Shown: piece by piece, positions 24,815-38,721 of the stretch
Layout: every line of letters begins with the position of its first letter
Position numbering within the stretch: the stretch's first letter is position 1
Source: Octopus vulgaris
Taxonomy: Eukaryota
DNA: 64,000 nt
NCBI GenBank assembly: GCA_951406725.2
Contig: OX597818.1
Coordinates: forward strand, 15,128,001-15,192,000
Direction: 5' to 3'
The notes under the pieces: model-generated
What the model saw: only the letters and a program-made list of their open reading frames with translations
Told to the model about the DNA's origin: nothing
The model's database searches: none
Made by a program: the position numbers and the translations under genes

Positions 24815-26316
24815 GTCAGTTCTTTTCTGTTGTGATTCATTGTGATTAGTTTGGTAAGAAAAAATTGGGTTGGCTGATTTAAAAAAAAAAATTTAAACGA
24901 GGAAATTATGTTCAGCATAGGTACAGTTTTGGGGTGTATGGTAAGAAGTTTGCTTCCCAACCACATGGTTCCTCAGTTCCGTTCCACTGTGTGACACCAT
25001 GAACAGGTGCCTTCTATTATAGCCATTGGTCGACCAAAGCCTCTTTGGTACACAAAAACTGAAAGAAGCCCATCATGTGTGTGTGTGTGTGTGCATGCTC
25101 ATGTGCATGAGCACATGTGTGCATGAGCACATGTGTGCATGTGTGTATGCATTTGTATATGTGTAATGTTTGTCTCCCACCTCCACTTGGAAACTGGTTT
25201 TGATTTGTCTACATCCTCATAACTTTACAGTTCAATAAAAAGTGACCAATAGAATAAGTACCCAGCCTTAAACAACTCCAAAAATGTACTGGAGTCAGTT
25301 TGTTCAACTAAAGCCCTTCAAAATGGTGTCCAAAGACTGAGACTAGTAAACGATAAAGGATAGTTTCTAATTTCATTTGGTAATGGCAAAGTCATCAGGG
25401 TGTTGAATGATAACCTGAAGGTTCAACACTAATGTGCTTCTAAAATTCATTAGAGGACAATTAGCTTAGTGACTTAAAATCCAGACACAGCACTAGAGAG
25501 AACTCATGATTAAAGTGCTTAACTCTTGCCAACTTAGTTCACTAATTTGTAAATATGTATTATGTTGGGGGAAAATATGTGGACCAGTGGCTAGCAGTGC
25601 TCAGTTCATGATCATAAGTTTGTCGATTCAATTACTGAACCAGGAAGTATACTGTGTTCTTGAGCAAGGTACTGCATTTCACGTCACTTTGGGCTACCCA
25701 GCTGTGTGCTGGTGCAGCCCTCTCTCCCTTCAACCATCACATTGTTTATGTACTGTTGGGTAACAGACAAGTGAACTGAAAGAGTGTTTATATCTGTCTT
25801 CAGATATATGCTCATTGGAAACAATTAACGAAAGTCCAGTGCATGTTTCCAAGCCATACTCATTCATTTGTAACAGATGGCTTTGTTGTACTATGTCATG
25901 TTGTGAACAGCAGTAATTCTCAATAGTTAACCAATATTATGTTCATTTGCTGTGCTGAACTGAAGTCATATAATGAACTTGAAGATAATGGAAATGCATA
26001 CTTGTAGTTACTTTTATGTTTTATTTCTTTCAGCAATGCTGGAGCCTTACCTTGAAGAATTCAATCAATCAAATCAAGCCCAGTACACTTTTTTACTAAG
26101 TTTGGCACTTAATCTGTCAATCTCTTTTGTCAAACTGCTAAGTTACACGAACATAAGTAAACTGACACCTGTTGTTAAGCAGGAGGGGAGGAATACACAA
26201 ATACAAAACACTAGTACTCCTCTCCACCTGCTATATATATATATATATATATAAAATTCAGCTTATGCTGAAAGTCAACAAACACAGTTTGCTTTAGAAG
26301 CGTTGAGATGCATTGA

Positions 26317-26494
26317 AAGATACAGATAAGGAAATAGTTTTATTCTCAAATGCAGGATAATGCTAATAATATAGCATGAACAGGATAAACTATCCATATT
26401 TTGTAGAAAAATCTATTCGCAGCCAGCCATTAGACTCAAACTCATATTATTAGCATTATCCTGCATTTGAGAATAAAATTATTCCTTATCTGTA

Positions 26495-26498
<4 letters not shown>
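26317..26498. repeat. Inverted repeat with arms of about 55 bp
   Basis: AAGATACAGATAAGGAA...TGCAGGATAATGCTAATAATAT versus ATATTATTAGCATTATCCTGCA...TTCCTTATCTGTATCTT. Confidence 0.85.
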
Positions 26499-26557
<59 letters not shown>

Positions 26558-26560
<3 letters not shown>

Positions 26561-26890
26561 GAGGTGGTATCAAAAAGTTCCCAGACTAGTTCTGTAGTGC
26601 GCCAACAGATGGCAGCACATGGTTGCATGCCCAGTGAAAAGTTGCAGTGACTTTCATGAGCAAATGTGCTGAGTGACATCACTGTTTACTTTGCAGGTTG
26701 TGAAATTTGTGTTTTTGTGATCATATGTAAGTTGTGGTCTGCAATTTTGTCATGGACAAGAACAAAGAGCAATGTGAAATTTTGTGTTAAACTTGGGAAG
26801 TCTGCTACAAAGACATACAGCATCCTTTGGCAGGCTTATGGTGACAAGGCAATGGGTCGTATGCAATGTTTCAAGTGGCACAGGTGCTTT
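26558..26890 (+). mobile_element. Mariner 5' end and HTH fragment
   Basis: TA|TGAGGTGGTATCAAAAAGTTCC TIR-like start; NVKFCVKLGKSATKTYSILWQAYGDKAMGRMQCFKWH. Confidence 0.8.
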
Positions 26891-27225
26891 AAAATTTTGT
26901 TTATATAATTGCAGGCAGGTATAAATAACGCCCTGACTCTTCTATCCTTCTATCAAGCAGCATCTTCAGTATGTGACACCTAGATGAAGAGAGAGAGAGA
27001 GTGAAGGAAAGTGAAAACTGCACCCACACTCACTCAGCTGATATTCGTTTGCCGCTGAGTAAACTAGAGCAATAGTGAATAAAGTGCCTCCCTCAAAGAT
27101 GCAATGTATTGCCCAGTCCAAGAAGTGAACCTATGATATCAAAATTATGACAGAAACCCCTTAACCACTAAGTGCACTCCTTCAATTTTAACAGATATAC
27201 ACACACACTCACACACACACATATA

Positions 27226-27268
<43 letters not shown>

Positions 27269-27454
27269 AGAAAACCTAAATGGCAGGCAAGGCTGTGTAA
27301 GTGTTACAGAAGGGCTGCTGTTAAGCTCTCAGTTCAATAATAGCATGAGTGAAGTGTCTAAAGCAGGTCATGTGTGAGCGTGTATATGTTAAATAAAATA
27401 AGATAACAAGGTCAAGGCAATTTGATATTCCAAGGAAATTTATAAATAGAAAGG

Positions 27455-27505
27455 TGGTCTTACAGCTGTTTCAGGGAAATTAATTGTATCCCATCATCAG
27501 AACAA
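27455..27505 (-). ncRNA. Minimal type I hammerhead ribozyme motif
   Basis: - strand: GTT-CTGATGA-TGGGA(TACAATTAATT)TCCCT-GAAA-CAGCTG-TA-AGACC; palindromic CAGCTG in stem III and a GUA cleavage triplet. Confidence 0.7.
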
Positions 27506-27769
27506 GTTAAAAGAGTTTCAGTAGAAGGAATTAGTTGAGTTCATTTTTTTTAGAAGAAGTTATTCTGGGGAGGGAGAGATATACAAGAAATTAGATATAA
27601 TGCAGAAAGTATAGAAGGAAAATATTAAAGTAAAAAATACATGTTGGATATTAAAGTTGTTATTCCAGTATCTAAGAAATGTGTTGTGTAGAATGGATAA
27701 AGATATTTCTTGTCCATGATGAGTAAATTCTGATAAAAATTCATATGTTGACAGATGTAGGTCCAACAA

Positions 27770-28210
27770 GAAGACCCTATGCCAGACATAGGGTCTTCGA
27801 TCAGCCACTCTCTTAACCCAGGGCAGCACTACCTCCTCTAGGCTCTTGATGTAGGGCTCTGTATTGAGTCTGAGGCTGTGTGGAAAGATAAATGGAGGCA
27901 CAACATCGCCATCACTAGTAATCACTCCAAACTCCATGATGTTGAGTGGATATTTGATTTTTATCACTCTTGGTGCATGTCCTCAGATTTCACTGTCCTC
28001 AGGTTGAAACCCAAATACCCTGAAATGTTTGTCTTGGAACTTCTGGCATGAATTTCTGGCAGAGTGAATTGCATTGTCATGCTGTTTTTCTTACAGACAG
28101 TACCCAACTGACCCTACTATACTGTGTAGTTGACCAAATCAAAAGCAAACAATCCGCATGCATGAAATTAAAAATATAAAATGACGACAACTTACCCATT
28201 GCACCTTGTG
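27770..28210 (-). mobile_element. Tc1/mariner (maT/DD37D-like) internally deleted element
   Basis: FGVITSDGDVVPPFIFPHSLRLNTEPYIKSLEEVVLPWVKRVADRRPYVW; TA|CACAAGGTGCAATGGGTAAG end in (TA)n. Confidence 0.7.
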
Positions 28211-28344
<134 letters not shown>

Positions 28345-28672
28345 GTTCTGATTTACAGACAAATAAAATACAAAAACAGTTGTAGGTACAATAAGCAGGT
28401 ATATTTGTTTAACACTCGGGAATGATAGAAAAGTCTTCTATGTTCCGAGCCTATGCTCTTTGACAGAAAGGAATAAGAGGAAAAAAGGGAGAGAGAAAAA
28501 GTGTGTAGAGTTCAGTGGTCCAACATGGCAAGATGATTGAAAAAAAAGGGTTGAATAAAAGGGAGATAATAATAAAAACAGTAATGGTGATCCCAACGAA
28601 GGTGCGCAAGCATGAATGTGTATGTGAGAATGATGTGTGTGTGTAAACGTCATTATTTAATTAAGATGAGAG

Positions 28673-28750
<78 letters not shown>

Positions 28751-28832
28751 ATCCAAACATGAAAACCCAACAACGTGAAGATGTGGAACAAGTATAGTAT
28801 TATTGGACGTTCAGGAAAGAAGGAAAGACGGA

Positions 28833-28870
28833 GGATTTAATGTTTCGAGCGGAGCTCTTCATCAGAAACA
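28833..28870 (-). ncRNA. Minimal hammerhead ribozyme motif
   Basis: - strand: TGTTT-CTGATGA-A-GAGC(TCC)GCTC-GAAA-CA-TTA-AATC. Confidence 0.7.
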
Positions 28871-29002
28871 TAGGAAAAGGAAAGATCCAAAGAAGGGAAG
28901 AAAGAGGAAAAAAAATTGCCAATGGTACACACGCGGTCACATTTTTATATATATACATATATGTATATATGTATTGTATGTATGTATGTCTGTGTGTGTA
29001 TA

Positions 29003-29612
29003 TTATTGACCACATGCTTAATGTATGTGTTTTACTTGTTTGTTGGTTTGTTGCGTCATAGTACCTGGGGAATGATCTCTTCAATGTGCTGGGTGTTAAA
29101 ATACTTGAAAGCAATAGACATTTCTGAATGGGATCAGAGGTGAGTTGTCTTGTTTTTCAATGATGTTCAGGTATTTATCATCCAACACAATGAGGGAGTT
29201 GTCCCTCAAGTACTATGGTGCAGCGAATTGGCAAACAAATGAAACACATACACTGAGTATGTGTGGTTGATAACATTTACAACAGTATCACCACTTTTAA
29301 TTCATTATTGAATTTAATCTTACATATGCATCGCAATGGCATACCAGCAAATGGTTCTTATACCATTTATATATAGTCATGGTCTGGCTAGTCAATCCGT
29401 CCCTAGTTTGATTCATGTGCGTGATGTTGACAAACCACAAAAATGGTGAAATATTGGTATCCATCACTTCTGAACGAGATTGGAGGTGAGTTGTCTCAAC
29501 TGTCTACGACTTTCAGGTGTTTTAACACCCAACGTAATGAGGAAGTTGTCTCCCAGGAGCTATAATCACAAGCAAACAAAACACATACATTGTGTATGTG
29601 CACTTGATAATG
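29003..29612. repeat. Fold-back element (arms about 29003-29120 and 29150-29273) plus a direct copy of the right half at 29468-29612
   Basis: Arms align as diverged reverse complements; TTCTGAA...GAGGTGAGTTGTCT occurs twice. Confidence 0.7.
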
Positions 29613-29885
29613 TTGACAACACTAGTGCTCATTACATCCTCCTCCTCCTCATCATCATTTAACGCCTGCTTTCCATGCTAGCATGGGTTGGACGATTTGA
29701 CTGAGGACTGGCAAACCAGATGGTTGCGCCAGGCTCCAATTAGATCTGGCAGAGTTTCTACAGCTGGATGCCCTTCCTAACACAACCGCTCCGAGAGTGT
29801 AGTATATATATACATAAGTGAATATGATAGAGCTGTATTTTGTACTCTGCTACATTCCTAATGGAATATACCTTAAATACATTCA

Positions 29886-29919
<34 letters not shown>

Positions 29920-29968
29920 CGTATGTATATATATATATATGTATAAGGACGAAAAGGAACACACGAGT

Positions 29969-30013
<45 letters not shown>

Positions 30014-30202
30014 TAAAAAGTCAATAAAATAAAATGGAGAATAAAAATTTAAAAAGATGCTTAGTTCATTTTATTTGTATCACAATTGGAAAAGTAATGC
30101 AAATTAAAAGATTAAAACATTAAAAAAATTTAAAGATATACCTGTAAGAACTAATGTAAAGGAACCGCATCAACAAAACAACCCAATAATATCCAAAAAG
30201 AA

Positions 30203-30300
30203 ATTCTACATATGTTTCAATCTAATAATATTTTTGAATCATCAATAATTGTAACCTTTGTAGATGTAATAAGTGATATATTGTTAGATCTCATCAGGAA
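30203..30300 (-). ncRNA. Hammerhead ribozyme motif with long stem II, between inverted arms (about 30010-30097 and 30321-30405)
   Basis: - strand: TTC-CTGATGA-GATCTAA...TTAGATT-GAAA-CATATG-TA-GAA; palindromic CATATG and a GUA triplet. Confidence 0.7.
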
Positions 30301-30530
30301 AAATAAGTATAATTTTAGTCTTACTTTTCCGATTGTGATACAATTAAAATGAGCCAAGCATCTTTTTTTTTTTCTTCTCCATTTTCTTTTATTGACTTTT
30401 TAATTATATGAGACTGTTTATACATATATATTTTGAGGAACTTTCTATCAATATATTTGGTTAAACCAAGTTGGCATCTGGAATGTTTTTAATACTCTCT
30501 TATGGGGATATTGCTTCCTCTAATTCTGTG

Positions 30531-30567
<37 letters not shown>

Positions 30568-30960
30568 ATAAATATATAAATATTGATAGATATACAGACA
30601 GACAAACAGACAGATAAATAGATCATCATCATCATTTGACAGCCATTTTCCATGCTGGCATGGATATATATATATATATATATATATATACTGTTATATA
30701 TTGTAGTGGTATGTAATAAAGTATGTTCAGCCCATCTCATCATCATCATTATCATTCAACATCCATTTTCCATACTGACATATTTTGGATGGTTTGAGAG
30801 GAGCTGGCAAACCAAGGGATGCACCAGGCCCCAGTCATCTGATCTGGTCTGGTTTCTATGACTGGATGCCCTATTCAGTGTCAGCCATTTTACAGAGAGT
30901 ATTGGATGCTTTTACAGGATTTATATATCTATATCTATCTATTTATACACACACACACAC

Positions 30961-31017
<57 letters not shown>

Positions 31018-31339
31018 CGTGTGTGTGTGTATAAGAGAGAGAGAAATTGTCATAAGGAGGATAACCTGAAAAAACTAGAAATTACTGTCTCTAAATTAAT
31101 TTCCCAATTTAGTAGGAGGACCTGTGTTTGTAGTCAAGGCTTTTGATTTCTTTCTCCCACCAAAAGAGACTTCATTATCCTCTTTCAATTTAATGATAAG
31201 ATGCAAAGTCAACTATGGTGGGATTAGCACTTACAGCTTAAAGAACCACAAAGTCAATACCCCAGATAATTTTATCCAGTGTGTTACCAGTTCAGTAAAC
31301 CCTAGACATTTATTTATTTATCTGTTTGTTTGTTTTCAG

Positions 31340-31519
31340 TCCTGATGGTGCATTACTAGCTTCCCAAGGTGGAGAGCCTGACTATATGCTGACTCTGTGG
31401 AATTGGTCCCAGGAGCAGATTGTCTTGAGGTGTAAAGCTTTCTCCCAGGAAATATACCGAGTGTCCTTCTCTGCTGATCTTGAAGGATATCTGACCACTG
31501 CTGGAATGGGACATATCAG
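31340..31519 (+). CDS. CFAP44: CFAP44-like coding exon 4 (WD40)
   Basis: TTTTCAG|(S)PDGALLASQGGEPDYMLTLWNWSQEQIVLRCKAFSQEIYRVSFS...GHI; donor AG|GTAAGG, phase 2. Confidence 0.95.
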
Positions 31520-31604
31520 GTAAGGAAACTTTAAGCCACAGTAATCTGATGTTTCTCATTTGTGTATTTCTTGATGGTGGACCACCTTCAAATCTTTAAG
31601 ATTA

Positions 31605-31986
31605 CTAGCAGTATTGCCTGGCGTTGCTTGGGTTTGTTTCGACCCTTTACAATTAGAATTTTTGAAAAGTAAAATTTTTGCATTATGTAGCTTGTTATTC
31701 TCTTTAAGTGAACATTTTTCTGGTTGAAATTGGTGACACAGCAGTCAAACAATCGTAAAAAAATAGGGATTTTCATAGAAAAAAAGCACCTTTTTGATGT
31801 AAATAATTTTTGGTGTTAACATGGTCCAATTTGAATTATTTCTTTTACGGAAGGAAGAGCAAGCCTTCTTCTATCATGCTTTCAATTTTGGTCAACTTGC
31901 ACCGCAGGGTATCGGAGGAGAGAGTGTTAGTTGAAGGCTACCAAACCTGCCATACACAAACAAATTCAGCTTTATATATATAGAGA
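31605..31986 (-). mobile_element. Non-autonomous Helitron
   Basis: Same termini as 14622-14914 (A|CTAGCAGTATTGCCTGGCGTTGCTTGGG ... TTTATATATATAGAGA|T) with a partly different interior. Confidence 0.72.
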
Positions 31987-34009
31987 TATGTCAACGACCT
32001 ACTCTCTGTCACTTCCAATAACATCCGCTTCTACACAGATGTTACCACCTTTCATTCTTCCCTAACATTCTGCATCCAGGCATCAATGACACGCAATACT
32101 CTTTTACTCTTTTCCTTGTTTCAGTCATTTGACAGTGGCCATGCTGGAGCACCTGAATTTCTCTTGGAAAATCTGTTCTGATTGCATGAACTAAAATTTT
32201 GTAAACATTCTCCATTGAAGTCACATCATTTGTAATCCACTGAATTGTTCAAAAACAAAGTCACAGTACATGTCGAGAGAATGTGGTCTCACCCTACTCC
32301 TTTTAACATGAATAGCATGCAGCTGAAACCCTCAAGATCACGACAAGTTTGAGGGCTTTCTATTAATGAAGAGCCTGCCTCTTAATAACCAGGATGTACT
32401 TCAGCTCCAATCAACAACTAACTTCTGCAAAGCTCAAGTGGGAGCCACAATGGAGAACTGCTCCCACATTTTGAATAACACTTCTGCTAGACATATATAT
32501 ATGTATCAGACCACATTTAAAGAGAGAGCACTTTACTGATTATTCACTCACCAATTCATTCCAACTACGTTAATATAAAGAGATAAAAACATCACCATTA
32601 TCATTTTATGTTTGTTTTCCATGCAAATATAGATTAAATGATTAAGAAGATCTGGCAAGGAGAATTATGTCTTGTTCCAATGTCTCAGTTTTGGCATTGT
32701 GTCTATGATTGGATGATCTTCCTAACACCAACCCCTCTACAGAGTATACTGGGTATATTTTTCCATGGCAACAGCACCATAGATTGCCTTGCTGTTTGCA
32801 AGACTAAACAGCTCTCTCTCCCTATCCCTATGTTGTCACTACTTGGATTGATTACTAAGTACTAATAGAGAGTACTGCTTTCTGGAGAATCAGTACTGGT
32901 GGATATCATCTTGTAGCTTGCAAGATGAAGGAGAGCTCCCTTGATAGATGGAACAGATTTAGAAAAATAGAGATAAAAATGTTAGGATGGGAGTAATGGA
33001 GGAGATAGATAAAAAAAGGAAGGGAAAGAGAGCTATGTGGAGGAACTGGGCAACAAAGTAACATTGGTGATAGGGTTGGTTGAATATGTGAACTTTATGA
33101 CTGGGTGGTTGGTCTGCTTGTCATATCTGGACACTTCATCGGGGTCAAAGACAGCTCTCATTGGAATTCAGCATGTTTATTACTGAGAGAAGGTGGTGGA
33201 AGAGAGATTAACAGAGACAGTGTGAGAGAAGGGTGTGATGAGAGGGAAACGGAAAAGTAGTATCTGGAGTTTAGTGAAAAAGAGTCAGAGACTGACTGGA
33301 AAATAGGGAGGATTGAGCAGAAGATGCAGTGCTGTCTGAAGTTGTATAGATGGATGGATAGAATGGTAAGTGGGGGAAAGATAAGATGGAAGTGGATGAT
33401 AGGAGGTAAGAAAAAGAGTAGTGTCAAAGAATTAGTGACAGAGAGTCAGAGAATGATAAGGATTGTGGGAGGATTAAGTGAGAGAAAGTGTGGTGTTATT
33501 CCATGTTACAAATGGTTGGGTAGAGTGGTGCTTGGAGGAAAGATAAAATGATGAGCCAGAAGGTATCTCTGAGGTCACATGTCCAAGAGAACCATGGGAG
33601 ATAGATAAAGGTTATCAGAGTGCAAACCCCTCACCACCCAAGCATGATGATTCAGAAGGAAAGGTGGAGGAGCAGCAGAATATGGATGATGAAGGTATGA
33701 GGTTGTGCAAGATATTCAAAATGTACAAAATAAAGTTCCTTTCAGTTATGGATGGTATGGTGAGTAGAATAGATGATGGCAAGTCAGTATGGAAAAGGTA
33801 TGAGGTAGGAGGATAAAATACTGTCATGAAAACTGGAAAGAAACATGAGGTAATGTGGAGCTAGAGAAAAAATAAAACAATATGGTCCTAACTGAAAAGC
33901 ATTTGATCAAAGATCTGCTTGATTTGGGACAATCTGTGGGTAAACAATTTCAACAAATTATAAAGACAGCAATGTTACTTCACATTATGTATGGCTGGGT
34001 TAGAGTGAT

Positions 34010-34433
34010 GCATGCTGGTGCCATGTAAAGAGTGCTTGTGCTAGCATCACATAAAAAGCATCCATGCCAGCACTACATAAGAAGCACCCGATGCTGGCAT
34101 CATGTGAAAAATACCTATGCTAGTGCTGTGTAAAAACCACCTGTGCAAGTGCCATGCATTAAAGCACCCATGCTAGTGCCATGCATTAAAGGACCTCTTG
34201 CTGGTGCCATGTAAGAAGCACTCAGTTCATGCTGTAAAGTGGTTGGCCTTAGGAAGGGCACCCAGCCATAGAAACCATGCCGAATCAGAGAACCGGGGCT
34301 TGGTGCAGCTCATTGGCTTGACAGCTCCTGTCAAACCAGCCAAACCATGCCAGCATGGGAAACAGATGTGAAATAGATGCTAAATGATGATGATGATGAT
34401 GACGGCGACGCTGGTGGTGGTGATGATGATGAT
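34010..34433 (+). mobile_element. Old RTE-associated 3' end with degenerate tandem units
   Basis: GGTGCCATGTAAAA/AAAAGCACCC units, GGTTGGCCTTAGGAAGGGCACCCAGC, and a (GAT)n tail ending about 40 nt before the exon 5 acceptor. Confidence 0.65.
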
Positions 34434-34472
34434 TTCTAATAGATATGCATTTGTTTTTTTCTCTTCTCACAG

Positions 34473-34752
34473 GTTCTGGAAAATGGCAAATACGTTCACA
34501 GGTTTGAAGCTTCAAGGGTATCTTGGGAAATTTGGCAAAACTGAGATGTCAGATATTGAGGGATACGTTGAACTCCCAGATGGCAAGGTGGTTTCCAGCT
34601 GCGAGTGGGGAAACCTGTTGGTGTGGGATGGTGGACTGATTAAAGTCCAGATTGGACGGAAAAATAACAAAACCTGCCATGTGGGACACATTCAGCAAAT
34701 TTTCTTGGATGAAGGAGAACTTATGACCATTGGTCAAGATGGCTACATTCGT
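34473..34752 (+). CDS. CFAP44: CFAP44-like coding exon 5 (WD40)
   Basis: CACAG|(R)[58 protein letters not shown]...[13 protein letters not shown], the most recognisable CFAP44/WDR52 block; donor |GTGAGT, phase 0. Confidence 0.96.
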
Positions 34753-35110
34753 GTGAGTTTAATTCTGTTTAACTTTCATCTTTTTAAGTTTGCATGTTAT
34801 ATTAACTATAGGATGGAGAATCTGCCAAATGCACTGGAGTAAAAAACATTGAATTAAAAAAAAAATTTGTATTCATATATCACACAAGTGTGAAATTTGA
34901 CTGGCAACTGTTGATGCTGCCATCTACAGCTGCTTTTAGAGTAAAAGGCAGAGAGAAAGAAGATTTGCTGAGAAATACAAGAGAGAGAGAAATTTCCCCC
35001 GAGAGGTGAGAACTGCTTAGAGGTTTTGGGTGTAGCTTTTATTATGCAATGTCTTTTTCTTATAAGTAAGAGAACATAAGATTTATTTTTAACATCTAGT
35101 TTAATATCAT

Positions 35111-35273
35111 AGGCACAGGAGTGGCTGTGTGGTAAGTAGCTTGCTTACCAACCACATGGTTCTGGGTTCATTCCCACTGCATGGCACCTTGGGCAAGTGT
35201 CTTCTACTATAGTCTCGGGTCGACCAAAGCCTTGTGAGTGGATTTGGTAGACAGAAACTGAAAGAAGCCTGTC

Positions 35274-35329
<56 letters not shown>

Positions 35330-35550
35330 GTGTGTATATGTTTGTGTGTCTGTGTTTGTCCCCCAACATCGCTTGACAACCGATGGTAGTGTGTTTACGT
35401 CCCCATAACTTAGTGGTTCGGCAAAAGAGAACGATTGAATAAGTACTAGGCTTACAAAGAATAAGTCCTGGGGTTGATTTGCTCGCCTAAAGGCAGTGCT
35501 CCAGCATGGCCACAGTCAAATGACTGAAACAAGTAAAAGAGTAAAGAGTA
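35111..35550 (+). mobile_element. SINE family A, full copy with internal (TA)n
   Basis: Same head, core and tail as 16205-16608. Confidence 0.82.
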
Positions 35551-35646
35551 GATGCTTATGGCAGGATCCAAGGTTATAAGTTCATCATCATTCTATATTG
35601 CAAACCCATGGTTGCATTTCCAGTGAGATTGATCTTTTACAGAGTG

Positions 35647-35960
35647 ATATACAAATCAAGGTATAAATGATGGTCTTTGCATATTCCTTTATTGTTACAC
35701 ATTCAACTTACACCTGTTTCCAATAGACATTATTGGTTTGTTCATTAATTCATTTACTTAATCCATTAATTGGTTGAGAAAAATTGAATGACTATTATCT
35801 ATTTAAGGTTATTCAATTTTTCTCAACCAATTAATGGACTGATTAAGTAAACCAACCAATGAACAAACATATAATGACAACTGGAAATGGGTATAAGTCA
35901 AATTTACTACAATAAAAAACATTTAAAAACCATTAACCATACCTTGTCTTGTATGTATAT
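35647..35960. repeat. Fold-back/MITE-like inverted repeat
   Basis: Inner arms TCCATTAATTGGTTGAGAAAAATTGAAT / ATTCAATTTTTCTCAACCAATTAATGGA, with diverged pairing extending about 140 bp each side. Confidence 0.8.
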
Positions 35961-36603
35961 ATAAATATATGTGCGCATGTGTTACACAGTGTTATGTGAA
36001 CTTTATTGGTACCAGGGATAGGTATAACTTTCCATAGTAAGCCCCTAATAGTTCAAAAGTATTTCTTTTAGTTTATAGTATTCTGTTCAAGTCTTCAGAA
36101 ATCCACAGGGATTCACCTTAGAGTATTTTGTCTTGAAACTGGTGATCATCCACATCTAGAATTACTGCATGTACATCCCAACAAACTTCTAATGATTTCT
36201 GTCTGCATTCACATTCTTGTTTGTTGCACAATGCCATACTTTTATTGTCTGTAATATTTTTTTCTTTTTCTCCCATATATATTTTACTTAAGATGTGCAC
36301 TTAATCATTACAGAGTGTTTTCATGATAAATTTGACAGTCTCCATAAATGGAAATGAAAACACAATGTCCCATCCAAGTATATAAATACTTAATCCTTTA
36401 GTGTTCAGATTATTCTGTCAAATGTAATACTTATTAACTTATATATTGTTTCGAACTAATCAAGCCTTATCTTGTAGCATTGAGATTTTGATAATGTGAT
36501 CATTTATTTTTAGAATAACATTATAGGGTCGATGGGCAAGGCCAGATCTGGCCAGTTCGAATATCAAACAGATAGAATAATTTGCCCAGGTTATGTATGT
36601 ATG

Positions 36604-36660
<57 letters not shown>

Positions 36661-36983
36661 ACTGCTATGAATGAACATGACACTCTCTCAAAAATTCACA
36701 ACTCCAACCAAAACCTGAAAGTAATTGGTAAAATTTGCTTTGCACTTAAGGATATAATTTCAGCTAATGATGTTAATATTACAGATCTCAACCACCTGTG
36801 CTATGCATCCAGAAAATTTCAACAATTCTATGTGCTGAAAAGATTAAAAGACAACAACATTCCTACAAAAGCCTACTTGGCAAGAGTATTCAACACCAAA
36901 TTCAGCTACTTAGGTCTGACATAGAATTTTTAAAATACCTTAAATACATACATATAAATACATATATATAAATATATATATAT

Positions 36984-38160
36984 AAATTCTATGTCAGACC
37001 TAAGTAGCTGAATTTGGTGTTGAATACTCTTGCCAAGTAGGCTTTTGTAGGAATGTTGTCTTTTAATCTTTTCAGCACATAGAATTGTTGAAATTTTCTG
37101 GATGCATAGCACAGGTGGTTGAGATCTGTAATATTAACATCATTAGCTGAAATTATATCCTTAAGTGCAAAGCAAATTTTACCAATTACTTTCAGGTTTT
37201 GGTTGGAGTTGTGAATTTTTGAGAGAGTGTCATGTTCATTCATAGCAGTTTCTTTAATTTTCAGCCATTAAATCATGATTTAATTGTTTAGATTATCTAG
37301 TTCAGTTGGGTCAATTTCTGTGTGACTTTTTTCATTTGTTTGATTTTCATCTGCCTTGATGTTTATGGTTGGTTCAGAGAGTATTTCACTTTGCTTATCA
37401 GTTACATCGACTCTGTCAATCATTACTGCATTTTCTTCAGACTTGGGTTGGTCTATAATTATTTCCTCTGTAGTATCTTCTTTAGCTGCGACTTCATTCC
37501 CTTTATCCCTTACTGATTGTTTAATTTGGTCAATCTTTAATTCAGCTAGTAATTTCATTGTCATTATGTTTCTTCTGACGTTGGCAAGTTTGTTACTGTC
37601 TATGTAGGATCTTACTTCAAGGTGCTTCTGTTTCCAGTTTAGGTTGGTTTGTTCAGTATTAGATTTATTTGTGGAGAAATACATGGCATGATAGAAACCC
37701 TTAAGAACTTCTTTATTATCTCCTCTAGATCATTTTTCATTCTTTTTGTTTTGTTTATTTGATGACGAGTGTGGACGGCCATCTGTTGGAATATTCCGGT
37801 TGTGGGGTACTTCCAGATCCTGTGTTTTGAGAAGATTTGAAAAAGTAGCTGATTTTTCGTACCCAGTCAGGTTCCTCACTGGGGTACACAGTCCTTATTG
37901 AACTGGGTGATGGCCAATCTGGTTTGTATTTTGCTTTGTTATCATTGAGGCATGACGAGCTTGGACGTTGACATTAGGGGATGGATCTGTCTGTTTAAAG
38001 TTAATTTTCTGAGATAACATGACCTCTGAGTTCTCTGAATGAAAACATTGCTCATAACGTAGCTTCTTAAGGCTAACAGATCTGTGTTCACCTGTATTTT
38101 TTTTCTTGTTGTTGATAGATTTATCTCTAGGCATAGTTTTTTGTGGTGTTTTTAAACTTA
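36984..38160 (-). mobile_element. Probable 5' (N-terminal) part of an RLE LINE
   Basis: Consecutive - strand ORFs 37895-38134, 37280-37684 and 36989-37243; NKLANVRRNI...IDQIKQ and ITDLNHLCYAS resemble the pre-RT region of Dong/R4-like elements. No catalytic motif visible. Confidence 0.55.
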
Positions 38161-38688
38161 TGAATTGTTCACTCTGTGTTAGTTTGGAAAATAAAAAAAA
38201 TTGTTTTGTTATTTTTTTGCTTCATTTGTGACATATGCTTTCAGATGCATGTATGTGTGTCCTGTAAATTTCATGTAGTTGTGTAAACATTGGGATGTAT
38301 GTGTGGTCCTATGGGTATTAAAATGTATATATGATTGTGTAGACATTCAAGTGTATGTAGAAGTAATCAATTTACATACATACTTTTTGTCCCACTTATA
38401 TTTTATAATTTGTAAACTTTCTGATGTTCATTTCGCATGTCTTTCACACATGTTTCACTGAGACATTGTGCATGAGAGAAACTGTGCTTTGTATGGCAGT
38501 AAAATTTCGTTTTTGTGATTATTTCCATTAAAAGGTCACTTCCTTCAAATCTTCCACAGGTTCCTTTATCCCATTCCACTGATATTATTAGATTAGATTT
38601 GTTTTTGAATGGATAGCGTGGTGTAGCACATTTGTGTTGTTATCCAGCATGGAGCCTTCCTGTTATTCAGTAAGGAGTCTTCTTCATG

Positions 38689-38719
<31 letters not shown>

Positions 38720-38721
<2 letters not shown>

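Noticed and set aside
25365-25400. CTGATGA...GAAA on the minus strand
   Set aside because: Stem II is weak with no closing pair and there is no stem I; other isolated CTGATGA hits (near 2688, 18417 and 63601) also lack the fold.
33150-33840. Purine-rich stretch with short ORFs, possibly an old antisense CR1/L2 fragment
   Set aside because: Too decayed to show a diagnostic motif by eye, so not called as a feature.
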